NCBI GenBank assembly: GCA_043800255.1
Contig: JAZDNF010000010.1
Coordinates: 1-64,000 of the forward strand
DNA: 64,000 nt
Source of the DNA: Candidatus Altiarchaeota archaeon
GTDB taxonomy: Archaea > Altiarchaeota > Altiarchaeia > IMC4 > SCGC-AAA252-I15
Direction of reading: 5' to 3'
In this document: piece after piece, positions 20,745-29,319 of the stretch
Position numbering within the stretch: position 1 is the stretch's first letter
How the letters are laid out: every line of letters begins with the position of its first letter
Translations under genes and position numbers: made by a program
Notes under the pieces: generated by a model
What the model saw: the letters and a program-made list of their open reading frames with translations, nothing else
Told to the model about the DNA's origin: nothing
The model's database searches: none

Positions 20745-21829
20745 AGGCCCTTTATGTCCCAGCTCTCGCCGTCCTTGCTGTAGTATGAATCTCTGGACCC
20801 GTATTCTGCACCAGACCCCAATATGTTAGGCGACTTGATGCCGGTAATAATCGCTATGACCTCCAGCCTGCCTGAGATTCTCGGATTAACCCTCGCACCC
20901 CAAGTTATGTGAGCATTCGGATCCAACCGCTGGGTTATCAATTCTCCAACTTCGTTGGCCTGGCCCAGCGTCATATCCTCCCCGCCTGTGATGTGAATGA
21001 GAGCTCCGGTGGCTCCCTCGTATTCGACGTCCAACAGCGGATGACTTAAGGCGTTCTTCACAGCCATCTCAACCTTGTCAGGGCCATCGCCGTCTCCCAC
21101 CGATATGACCGCGACCCTGCCTCCGCCCATCACAGACTTTATGTCAGCGAAGTCCAGGTTGATGAGTGAAGGCTCCATTATAGTCTCGGTTATCCCCTTA
21201 ACCGCCCTAGCCACAACCTCATCGGCAACCGAGAAGGCCTTATCCAACGGGAGATTAGGAACATACTCGACCAGCTTGTTATTGTCTATGACGATGACTG
21301 TGTCAGCGACCTTCCTCAGCTTGTCAATCCCAATCCTGGCCTTGTCCAGCCTAGCCCTCTCCAAAGCAAAGGGGAAGGTCACAATGGCAACCACTATCGC
21401 ACCCTGCTCTTTTGCGATTTGGGCTATAACCGGCGCAGAACCTGTCCCAGTTCCGCCTCCCATACCGCATGTCAGAAACATCAGGTGAGTGCCCTGCAAA
21501 ACCTCGGCAAGCTCATGATGCGACGCCTCAGCAGCCTTCTCCCCCAGCTCAGGGAAGCCGCCAGCCCCCAGGCCCCTCATCAGCTTCGCCCCAATCAGGA
21601 TTCTAGTAATATCGCCCTGAATCTTAGTAAGGTCCTGCTTGTCAGTGTTCACGGCAATAAGCCTCGCGCCCTCAATTCCAACATGCTGCAGCCTGTTAAT
21701 GGTATTATTACCGCCGCCGCCCGCGCCAAGGACAACGATCTTCAGACTATCAGCCTCAGGGAACTCATCATAAACACGCTTCTCAAGCTTCCCATGCTGT
21801 ATCGCAGCGCTTACAATAGAATCCATCAT
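20741..21829 (-). CDS. ftsZ: Cell division protein FtsZ (archaeal FtsZ2 type)
   Basis: GAGGGGNNTINRL, GMGGGTGTG tubulin signature and INLDFAD. AKEQGAIVV, ERAR and YVPNLP are typical of FtsZ2. Confidence 0.95.
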   Translation of the reverse strand: MMDSIVSAAIQHGKLEKRVYDEFPEADSLKIVVLGAGGGGNNTINRLQHVGIEGARLIAVNTDKQDLTKIQGDITRILIGAKLMRGLGAGGFPELGEKAAEASHHELAEVLQGTHLMFLTCGMGGGTGTGSAPVIAQIAKEQGAIVVAIVTFPFALERARLDKARIGIDKLRKVADTVIVIDNNKLVEYVPNLPLDKAFSVADEVVARAVKGITETIMEPSLINLDFADIKSVMGGGRVAVISVGDGDGPDKVEMAVKNALSHPLLDVEYEGATGALIHITGGEDMTLGQANEVGELITQRLDPNAHITWGARVNPRISGRLEVIAIITGIKSPNILGSGAEYGSRDSYYSKDGESWDIKGL

Positions 21830-21885
21830 CAACAAATAATATATTAGACAGGGTATTTAAAAACCGTTAACCCCCCGAAACATAT

Positions 21886-21916
21886 TCTTTTAACCAATAC
21901 CGCACTATACTCTAAC
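21886..21916 (+). promoter_or_regulatory. Putative archaeal promoter of the SRP RNA
   Basis: TTTTAA box ~25-29 nt upstream and TATACT ~10 nt upstream of the inferred RNA 5' end. Confidence 0.45.
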
Positions 21917-22189
21917 GGTGGGCTAGGCTGGGCTGGCGGGCGTAGTCTGTAACCCTAAAACGTCCTCATGAGGGAGCTGAAAACCTGGAGGCGCTTGTCT
22001 CATAGACAGTTGGTCTGGATTCCAACCATGAGCTCTCGTCTCACAGGATGGTCTGCCTTAGAAACCGGGTCAGATCCGGAAGGAAGCAGCCCTAACTAGA
22101 GCGGACTGTGCTTGTGAGGTCACGGAAGCGAGAAAGAACCCAGAACAAACCAACCGCCTACAAGACAAACCACTTCAGGCCCGTCCACC
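21917..22189 (+). ncRNA. ffs: Archaeal signal recognition particle (7S) RNA
   Basis: 5' GGTGGGCTAGGC pairs with 3' GCCCGTCCACC. Alu-domain TGTAACC. Helix-8 TCAGATCCGGAAGGAAGCAGC (SRP54-binding motif). Confidence 0.9.
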
Positions 22190-22190
22190 A

Positions 22191-22489
22191 CAACCTTTTC
22201 CAAAGGTTGATCAAATGAGCCATCTTCGCTAAGGCTCGATGGCTCTGGATGGAACTGTACAACAGCCGTTTAAGAAACGCGAAGTTGCCAGAGGCAACTT
22301 GCGCCCATCGACCAAAGGTCGATTGGGAGGCTGGCGAAAACATGTGCGGTGCTCGAAATCGCGAAGCGATTTTGGCACGCATGAACGCTTTGCGTTCATC
22401 GCGCATGCGTTCGCTGTCGCTCACTTAGCCGCACTGAACAAGGCCTATCAAAACATGCGCTTGGCGTCGCCTCGCTTAGCAGCACTGAA
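22191..22489. repeat. Cluster of six short inverted repeats plus one imperfect direct-repeat pair (REP-like region)
   Basis: Stems at 22191-22209, 22217-22245, 22282-22300, 22307-22323, 22356-22372 and 22381-22399. Direct repeats at 22404-22438 and 22454-22489. Confidence 0.75.
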
Positions 22490-22504
22490 TAGAGTCTGAT
22501 TTTT

Positions 22505-22672
22505 TTATCCTAGGACGAGGTGGGAGAATATTTCCAACACTATCACAGCAACGACGAGCCCTATCACCATTTTCGGGTCCAGCTTCGGCCCGCCCTCGTC
22601 AACGTCAAAATACCTGAGAAGGCCTGCGCCCCCGAACGGCCCCTGAACCTCCTTCCTCTTCAATGTTGGCAT
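22505..22672 (-). CDS. secG: Preprotein translocase subunit Sec61-beta (55 aa); not in the ORF track
   Basis: Translates to MPTLKRKEVQGPFGGAGLLRYFDVDEGGPKLDPKMVIGLVVAVIVLEIFSHLVLG, with the AGLxRYF...KLDP motif and a C-terminal TM. Confidence 0.9.
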   Translation of the reverse strand: MPTLKRKEVQGPFGGAGLLRYFDVDEGGPKLDPKMVIGLVVAVIVLEIFSHLVLG

Positions 22673-22766
22673 CTTCTAAAGTAATATACACGTGCATCCT
22701 ATAAAAATCCTGCAAACTAATTGTTTACCCTGCGTTCAGTCATGTCGATATGTCTCTGGCCTCTTA

Positions 22767-22988
22767 TTATTCTATGAGCTTTAGGAATTCTTCCTTGGAC
22801 AGGCCAGTGCACTTTATTATAGCTAGTAGTGTGCCTGTCTTCAGTTCATCATGTTTAGGGACTGGAATCGAGTTTGATGGGTCCGTTTTGTGGAGGATTA
22901 TATGGCTGCCTGATTGTCTCCTAACGGTGTAACCGAGTTTGGTTAGCGTTTTAACAACTTTTTTTCAGGATACTACTGGCGTCTTCAC
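22767..22988 (-). pseudogene. hicA: HicA-family toxin interrupted by an in-frame TGA at codon 8
   Basis: GTG-KTPVVS*KKVVKTLTKLGYTVRRQSGSHIILHK...IPVPKHDELKTGTLLAIIK...LSKEEF. The GSH and VPxH motifs are intact. TGA at 22965-22967. Confidence 0.85.
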
Positions 22989-22991
22989 TTT

Positions 22992-23207
22992 CTATACGGC
23001 AACGGTCACGATATCTGGTTTACCGAGTTTTGAGACATCAACGCCCTCATCTTTTAGGTAATCAATGTACAGGGAGATTACGTCTCTGGCATTCTCTATC
23101 GCCTCCTTCTTGGTGTCTCCTTCAGTGAAACAGTTAGGCAGGCCGATAACCTGTACAAAATACCCCCCTTCTGTCTGAGGTTGCAGCGCCACTTTAAAAC
23201 GCTTCAT
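22992..23207 (-). CDS. hicB: Short HicB-family antitoxin
   Basis: EGGYFVQVIGLPNCFTEGDTKKEAIENARDVI HicB signature; directly upstream of hicA. Confidence 0.9.
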   Translation of the reverse strand: MKRFKVALQPQTEGGYFVQVIGLPNCFTEGDTKKEAIENARDVISLYIDYLKDEGVDVSKLGKPDIVTVAV

Positions 23208-23270
23208 ATCAGTTACTACATGCGCTTACTCAATAAAAGCTATAATATTCCCTGTGTTTAATTGTTTATC

Positions 23271-26200
23271 ATGCGTTCAGCCTTTGTCCTGCTATTGCTG
23301 GCATCCTACGCGTCCGCGGTGCCCGCGCTTCCCATACTATATAATATAACCCAGCCTGACGGCACAATCTTCGAGGCGAGGCTGGTGGGGGATGAGAGGG
23401 CCGCCTGGATTGAGACTGCTGGAGGTTACACTGTCCTCAGGAGGGATGACGGATTCTGGGTTTATGCGAAGAGAAGCGGGGATGAGATTCTGCCCACCAG
23501 CTCGGTAGTCGGCTCAACCTCATATCAGACGCTCGGCCTGGAGAAGCACTTGCATGAGAAGTCTCTGAGGGAGTACTCTTATGGGCCGGCTGCCATAACC
23601 AACGGCACCAAAAAGGTGATAGTCCTGCTGCTGAACTTCACCGACAATCCGAGAGTGAACGCATCAGCCTACACCGCAGGCTATTATGACAATCTGCTGT
23701 TCAACGACTCCAACAGCCTGAGCATGAACGCATACTATGATGAGGTCTCCTACGGGCTCCTGAACCTCACCGGAACCGTGGGAGGCAGCAGATGGTACAC
23801 AAGCTCCCACAGCATGAGCTACTACGGGTCGGATACAGGTTCAAATTGTGGTGGCGTAACTAATGATGACGCAAACGTCTGTAGTTATGACATGATCTGC
23901 GAGGCTGCCTCTCTGGCGAACAATGACGTTGACTTCTCACAGTATGACACAGACAATGACACCTACATAGACCATATCATCATCGTGCACGCCGGCTGCG
24001 GGCAGGAGATGGGAGGATTGTGCACGATGACTGACGCTATATGGTCTGTCAGTTGGAGCATTCCCCCACCCTCTGTGCTTTGTGGCTCGTACTTTGATGG
24101 CAAGCTTATCAGCTCCGGCACCATACAGGCTGAGAACTCTCCGGTGGGCGTCTTCGCGCACGAGTTCGGTCATGACTTGGGGCTGCCGGACCTCTACGAC
24201 TCTGGCGGAGGAGACGGCCAGACGTGGGAGGGCATCGGCGAGTGGGGGCTGATGGCGTCTGGAAGCTGGAACGGCCCCGGCGTCCAGTACGGGACAGTGC
24301 CAGCCCACATGAGCGCGTGGAGCAAATACTATCTGGGGTGGGTGAATCCCACCAGAGTTAGCACGACACTCTATGACGAACCAATAAGCCAGGTGGAAAC
24401 CAACGACGACGTCTACCAGATTATGATACCGTTGACTGCTACGCCGGTGAACCCATCAGACGGCGGAACGAGACAGTACTTTCTGATAGAGAACAGACAG
24501 CAGACCGGTTTCGACGCTTACATCCCTGGGAGCGGGCTGCTCATATACCATGTTGACGACAGCAAAAGCGGTAACGCATTAGAGTATGACAAGCACGTGG
24601 ATGTGGAGGAGGCTGACGAGTCAACCCAAGCCAACAGCGGTTTGGACGGCATTTCGCCGACGACCGGCGACAGAGGAACGGCAGACGACCCGTGGAAATC
24701 CAGCTCTTCAGGGTTCACTGACGGTTCAACCCCTAATTCGAAGTCGAAGGCCGGCACCGCAACCTACATCAACGTGACCGACGTCTCAGCATCAGGAGCC
24801 ATAATGTACGTTGACTTCCTCGGTTCCGGGAGCAGGAATCCAATGACTCTTGTAGGCAACGTCACCCCAGCTTTCGGGAACACTTCTACTGTATTCAATT
24901 TCACGGTCAATTACACGCACATCAATAATACCGCCCCAGTTAACATCTCAGTCGTGATAGACGGCGTCTACTATGCTATGAATCAGTCCAACGCGTCAGA
25001 CCTGAACTACTCGCTGGGAAAATGGTATTACTACTCAAATAATCTCTCTTTCGGCTATCACACCCACTACTTTTACGCTCACGATGGGGCATTCAATCAC
25101 TCCTCCAATTCAAGCTCGACTCCTGAAGTGGGCTACACGGGGCCGTTCGCGAACGTCAGCTTCCAACCATTGGAGGACAATGAGGTGAAGTCATCGTTCG
25201 GCGGGACAGTCTACAGCAGCATCGGCAACGTCGACATAGGTTATGACTCGGTGAACGACGGAGTCCAAAGGTATTATGCGAAGTTCAACCTGTCAGCCAT
25301 AGCGAATGAGACCGTGGTCAACGCAGTCCTGACATTGGCGAACGTGAGCACCCAGTTCGAGAACTTCAGCGTCAACTATACAATCTATTATGCGAATGCC
25401 AGCTGGAGCACCGCAACGCTCACATGGAACACCCAGCCTACCGTGAATTCTACGGAACTGGACACCTCCCAGAACAACGGCACATTGACGTTCAACATAA
25501 CATCGCTCGTGCAGTCGTGGGCGAACGGCTCACTCCCCAATTATGGAGTCAGCGTGAGAAAGTTCGACGAACTCCAGAGAGGCTACGGGACCTTCGCAAC
25601 ATTGGACGCATCAGACAACTCCACGCGGCCCCTCCTCATGGTGACCTACCTCAACACCACTCCAGAGGGCATACCGCCTAACGTCACCCTGCTGACACCG
25701 TCGAACGGCTCAATCCTGAACACGTCCAGCGTCTCATTCTCCTATAATGTGAGCGAAGACTATGGCATAGTGAACTGCTCCCTCCACGGGAACTTCTCAG
25801 GCTCATGGGCGCTGAACCAGACCTCAGCCAACATCTCCAACTCCAGCGTCAACTACTTCAACCTGACCGTGGCAGACGGTTTTTACCTGTGGAACATCAA
25901 CTGTTCTGACCCACACAACAACACAGCATTCGCCAACGGCAATCATACTCTCACGGTCGACACAAGGCAGCCGTCGACTCCAACAATCGTCAGTCCAATC
26001 AACTCCACAACCGTTCTTAATGAGACTCCCTCCTTCAACTGGACCGCATCAGTTGACCTGACTTCAGGAGTCGCGAACTACACTCTAGAGGTGAGCAACG
26101 GTTCCTCCTTCACAGCGCTCTACTATAATGTCACAACCAACGGCACCTTGTACATGCCTAACTATTCTGAGGCAATAGCGGACGGCCTCTACTATGTAAG

Positions 26201-26738
26201 GGTCAGAATCGTGGATGTTGCGCAGAACACAGGCAACTGGTCTGAGACGGTCTACTTCTGGCTGAAGACTGTGAGCATAAACGAGTTCCTGCCTAAGCCG
26301 AATTCCACATCCATCGAGTTCATAGAATTGTACAACAGCAGGCAGCTGTCCTACAGTCTGAGCGGCTGGATTCTAGGCAACAGTTACTTGGCAGTCAACT
26401 ACACCCTAAGTTCGAACATCAGCGGGAGAGACTTCCTCATCCTCAACTCCACCCTAACTGGCATCAGCCTCAACGAGTCAGCTGACAGCATATTCCTCTG
26501 GAACCCGTCAGGCCTGCTGGCTGACAACATCAGCTTCTACGACGGCCAAGCATTCGGCAACATCTCCTACAACAGCAGCGCCTATATGAGCATCGGCAGG
26601 AGCTCTGACGGCGGCCTCAACATCACAGCCTACAATGAGACCTCAACGACGCCGGGAGCCTCCAACTTCGGAACCCAGACAGTCTCCACAGCTGTGCTGG
26701 CAGGGTGGAACCTCATCAGCATCCCGTTAGCCAACTGA
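23271..26738 (+). CDS. Secreted M6-family (immune inhibitor A-like) metalloprotease with DNRLRE-like, Ig-like and LTD domains and C-terminal GWNLIS motif
   Basis: Signal peptide; QPDG...GDE prodomain; IIVHAG; FAHEFGHDLGLPDLYD; LMASGSWN; YFLIENRQ; GLLIYHVD; ends VLAGWNLISIPLAN. Confidence 0.9.
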   Translation: MRSAFVLLLLASYASAVPALPILYNITQPDGTIFEARLVGDERAAWIETAGGYTVLRRDDGFWVYAKRSGDEILPTSSVVGSTSYQTLGLEKHLHEKSLREYSYGPAAITNGTKKVIVLLLNFTDNPRVNASAYTAGYYDNLLFNDSNSLSMNAYYDEVSYGLLNLTGTVGGSRWYTSSHSMSYYGSDTGSNCGGVTNDDANVCSYDMICEAASLANNDVDFSQYDTDNDTYIDHIIIVHAGCGQEMGGLCTMTDAIWSVSWSIPPPSVLCGSYFDGKLISSGTIQAENSPVGVFAHEFGHDLGLPDLYDSGGGDGQTWEGIGEWGLMASGSWNGPGVQYGTVPAHMSAWSKYYLGWVNPTRVSTTLYDEPISQVETNDDVYQIMIPLTATPVNPSDGGTRQYFLIENRQQTGFDAYIPGSGLLIYHVDDSKSGNALEYDKHVDVEEADESTQANSGLDGISPTTGDRGTADDPWKSSSSGFTDGSTPNSKSKAGTATYINVTDVSASGAIMYVDFLGSGSRNPMTLVGNVTPAFGNTSTVFNFTVNYTHINNTAPVNISVVIDGVYYAMNQSNASDLNYSLGKWYYYSNNLSFGYHTHYFYAHDGAFNHSSNSSSTPEVGYTGPFANVSFQPLEDNEVKSSFGGTVYSSIGNVDIGYDSVNDGVQRYYAKFNLSAIANETVVNAVLTLANVSTQFENFSVNYTIYYANASWSTATLTWNTQPTVNSTELDTSQNNGTLTFNITSLVQSWANGSLPNYGVSVRKFDELQRGYGTFATLDASDNSTRPLLMVTYLNTTPEGIPPNVTLLTPSNGSILNTSSVSFSYNVSEDYGIVNCSLHGNFSGSWALNQTSANISNSSVNYFNLTVADGFYLWNINCSDPHNNTAFANGNHTLTVDTRQPSTPTIVSPINSTTVLNETPSFNWTASVDLTSGVANYTLEVSNGSSFTALYYNVTTNGTLYMPNYSEAIADGLYYVRVRIVDVAQNTGNWSETVYFWLKTVSINEFLPKPNSTSIEFIELYNSRQLSYSLSGWILGNSYLAVNYTLSSNISGRDFLILNSTLTGISLNESADSIFLWNPSGLLADNISFYDGQAFGNISYNSSAYMSIGRSSDGGLNITAYNETSTTPGASNFGTQTVSTAVLAGWNLISIPLAN

Positions 26739-26769
26739 CTAGGGGATACCGCAGATTTGTATCCCTAGT
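26738..26769 (+). terminator. Imperfect stem-loop right after the M6 protease stop
   Basis: ACTAGGGGATAC...GTATCCCTAGT inverted repeat. Confidence 0.3.
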
Positions 26770-26848
26770 TCATACCCCTACAATCCCCACCAGCTTATAA
26801 CTATGTAGGTCTAAATCAGCCTCTATTTTCTCAGTCTTCTCCAGCCTT

Positions 26849-26883
26849 TTTTCTGCTATAACCTCCTGTAATATAACCGAGAA
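26849..26883 (+). promoter_or_regulatory. Array upstream motif, copy 1 (most divergent)
   Basis: TTTTCTG...AATATAACC-GAGAA-ATG resembles the copies at 27830, 40959 and 53924. Confidence 0.45.
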
Positions 26884-27816
26884 ATGACGGGCACGAAAGT
26901 CATCAAACTGATGCTTGAAGCCGGTGGTAGCGAGAAGCTGCCGGCGCTGAAGGAGACTATAGTGGATGCTGCTATCGCAGCCTATCTAAAGATTGCATCT
27001 CCCGGAGTCGTCCTTCGGACTGGCGATTTGCGGGAAGAATACTTCTCCACTATGAAGGAGGCGACGAGTGATTTGAACGTGAACTCCAGAGACCTGCAGA
27101 GGGTGTATGATGTTATATTCGAATCCCGGAGGGAGGAGCGAGACTTCAGCAAAAAAGCCGGCTTCTTTCTCTCGGCATTAATAGACAATTCCAGTCATAA
27201 TGCATTCGATATAACCTCAGCCGTGCCGTTAGACTTTATCGGGTTCAAACTTGGCGTCAACAAAAAATTAACCCTTGAAGGCGATGTTGGAAAAGATGCT
27301 GGCATGAACCTGGCTGGCGGGGAAATGCACGTGCATGGTAATGCAGGCGAAGAAATTGGGCGGGAGATGAAACTAGGAAAGATAACTGTAGATGGCAGTG
27401 TATCCGGCTTTGCAGGTTATCTGATGGCTGGCGGCGACATTATGATAATGGGTAATGGCGGTGGCGCCACTGGAGACCGCATGAGTGGCGGGAACATACA
27501 CGTTAAAGGAAACACTGGAGTTCAGACTGGGGTAAGCATGACCGGTGGGACCATACGGGTCGAAGGAAATGCTGGAAGGAATACCGGCGACGGAATGAGA
27601 GGGGGAGCGATATATGTAGGTGGCAATATCGAGGACATAAGCAAAGAGTACGTTGACGGCGAAATTTGGGAGGCTGGCGTGCTGAAACGGCCCAGAACCA
27701 TTGACAAAACCCGTAGAATCGCATCAAACATGTTGGAAAAAGGCGGTGATGGCCTTATAGGTGCAGTAGACCTGGTTGGGGGTTCTATTGGGAGAGCCCT
27801 TGACAGATTTTTCTGA
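26884..27816 (+). CDS. Array gene A1: GXGXG (FwdC/GltB3-like) beta-helix protein with an extra C-terminal extension
   Basis: MTGTKVIKLML...LPALKE; AGFFLSALI; beta-helix coils. Confidence 0.9.
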   Translation: MTGTKVIKLMLEAGGSEKLPALKETIVDAAIAAYLKIASPGVVLRTGDLREEYFSTMKEATSDLNVNSRDLQRVYDVIFESRREERDFSKKAGFFLSALIDNSSHNAFDITSAVPLDFIGFKLGVNKKLTLEGDVGKDAGMNLAGGEMHVHGNAGEEIGREMKLGKITVDGSVSGFAGYLMAGGDIMIMGNGGGATGDRMSGGNIHVKGNTGVQTGVSMTGGTIRVEGNAGRNTGDGMRGGAIYVGGNIEDISKEYVDGEIWEAGVLKRPRTIDKTRRIASNMLEKGGDGLIGAVDLVGGSIGRALDRFF

Positions 27817-27829
27817 CATGGTAGCCCCC

Positions 27830-27865
27830 TTTTCTGTATGAACTGTTCTTTATATAATCTGGGAA
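27830..27865 (+). promoter_or_regulatory. Array upstream motif, copy 2
   Basis: TTTTCTGTATGAACTGTTCTTTATATAATCTGGGAA directly before the ATG. Confidence 0.6.
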
Positions 27866-28531
27866 ATGACAGGCACGAAAGTCGTTAAACTCAAGCTGGA
27901 TGATGGCGGCACAGCTGATAGGCTCCCCCAGTTGAGGGGCACTGCCGGGGATAGGGCGGTTCGACTATTCAGCGACACAAAGATGCCCACAGAGATAAAG
28001 GATCTTTCGCCTCTTGAATCTGATTGTCCTTGGGAATACAAGGATAAGATGCTGGAGGAGGGCAGGAAATTGGATGTGACTCCTGAGCAGTTGCGGCTGA
28101 TATTAGCTGAAGTCGAGGACAAGTTCTCAGAGGAGGCTGGCTTCGAGGAGAGGTTGGGCCTGTTTCTAACGGGTTTGGTTGAGGGTTCATCTCATAATGA
28201 ATTCGCCTTGAGGCCGAAGACCAAGTTGAAAGAGTTTGGGTACAGGCTAAGCGCCGATAAGAAGGTAACTCTTGAGGGGAACGTGGATGACGGCTTGTGC
28301 TTTCAGATGAGCGCTGGAGAGGTTCATATAAGGGGGAGCGCTGGTGAGGGCTTGGGCAATAGCATGACTGGCGGTCGTATCATAGTCGACGGCTACGCGG
28401 ACGAGTATTGCGGCATTGGCATGCAAGGCGGCAGGATTGACGTCGCTTTGGGGATAATAAGAAAGCACGACTGCCTCCGGGAAGGCGGAGAGGTCTGGGA
28501 GAAAGGGGTGAGGATATTCCCGAGAATATGA
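27866..28531 (+). CDS. Array gene A2 (PW subfamily)
   Basis: Leader, ERLGLFLTGL and beta-helix coils. Confidence 0.9.
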   Translation: MTGTKVVKLKLDDGGTADRLPQLRGTAGDRAVRLFSDTKMPTEIKDLSPLESDCPWEYKDKMLEEGRKLDVTPEQLRLILAEVEDKFSEEAGFEERLGLFLTGLVEGSSHNEFALRPKTKLKEFGYRLSADKKVTLEGNVDDGLCFQMSAGEVHIRGSAGEGLGNSMTGGRIIVDGYADEYCGIGMQGGRIDVALGIIRKHDCLREGGEVWEKGVRIFPRI

Positions 28532-29319
28532 CCTCTACGAAAATAATCAAACTGAATCTGGAGGATAGCGGTTCTGGCGGGAAACTCCCCGCTCTGAAGG
28601 ACCCTCTGGTCGGGAAGGCTTTTGCACTTTATAGAGCGGCCGAAGAGTTCCAGATTACAGATGAGGATGGTTTTCATGAATATGCTGAGCGGGTTGATAA
28701 AGAGTTTGAAGGTTCTAATCTCACCTCAGACGATATTCAAAAAGTATATGACGCGTTTGGTGAAGAGTTTCAGCTTGACGACGAATATGGAGATCGCCTG
28801 GGAATTATAATAAACGCTCTCATACAGCATTCAAATCACAGGAAGTTTCTGTTGAAAACCAAAAAGTCAATTGGTTATATCGGCTATAAGATGTCGGATG
28901 ATAAGGCTATAACAGTTGACGGCGATGTCGGCCGCTTCACAGGCGAGCTTATGGCAGCAGGTAAGATACATGTGAAAGGAAATGCAGGTGATAATATAGG
29001 TGTGGCGATGTTAGGTGGGTTGATTGAGGTTGATGGGAACGCAGGTAACTTCACTGGAGGTTACATGAATGGTGGGAAGCTTATCATCGGAAGGAATGCG
29101 GGAACCTATACTGGAGAGCATATGGGTGGTGGGGAAATACATGTCGGAGGGGGATGTGGCGAAGCGACAGGCGATAGGATGCGCAAGGGTTTGATAAGAG
29201 TTGCGGGCAAAATAGCCGGCATCTCAACTAATCTGGGAGAGGCTGATCCAAAATTTGCTAAAATCTATCAGGGGGATGAATTACTAGTGGGAAAAGATGA
29301 CAGGCACAAGAGTCGTTAA
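28528..29319 (+). CDS. Array gene A3
   Basis: MTSTKIIKLNLE leader; coils; ATGA overlap with A2. Confidence 0.9.
   Translation: MTSTKIIKLNLEDSGSGGKLPALKDPLVGKAFALYRAAEEFQITDEDGFHEYAERVDKEFEGSNLTSDDIQKVYDAFGEEFQLDDEYGDRLGIIINALIQHSNHRKFLLKTKKSIGYIGYKMSDDKAITVDGDVGRFTGELMAAGKIHVKGNAGDNIGVAMLGGLIEVDGNAGNFTGGYMNGGKLIIGRNAGTYTGEHMGGGEIHVGGGCGEATGDRMRKGLIRVAGKIAGISTNLGEADPKFAKIYQGDELLVGKDDRHKSR

Noticed and set aside
22191-22489. CRISPR array
   Set aside because: The hairpins differ in sequence, there are no identical repeats with regular spacers, and no cas genes are present.
22158-22499. ORFs 22158-22424 (-) and 22239-22499 (+)
   Set aside because: They overlap the SRP RNA end and/or the palindrome cluster and show no recognisable protein features.
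22750-22932. 60-aa plus-strand ORF
   Set aside because: It is the antisense shadow of the hicA pseudogene.
22965-22967. Genome-wide TGA recoding (Gly/Trp/Sec) suggested by the hicA in-frame TGA
   Set aside because: TGA is the normal stop for dozens of genes here, including the ATGA overlaps. A single nonsense change is simpler.
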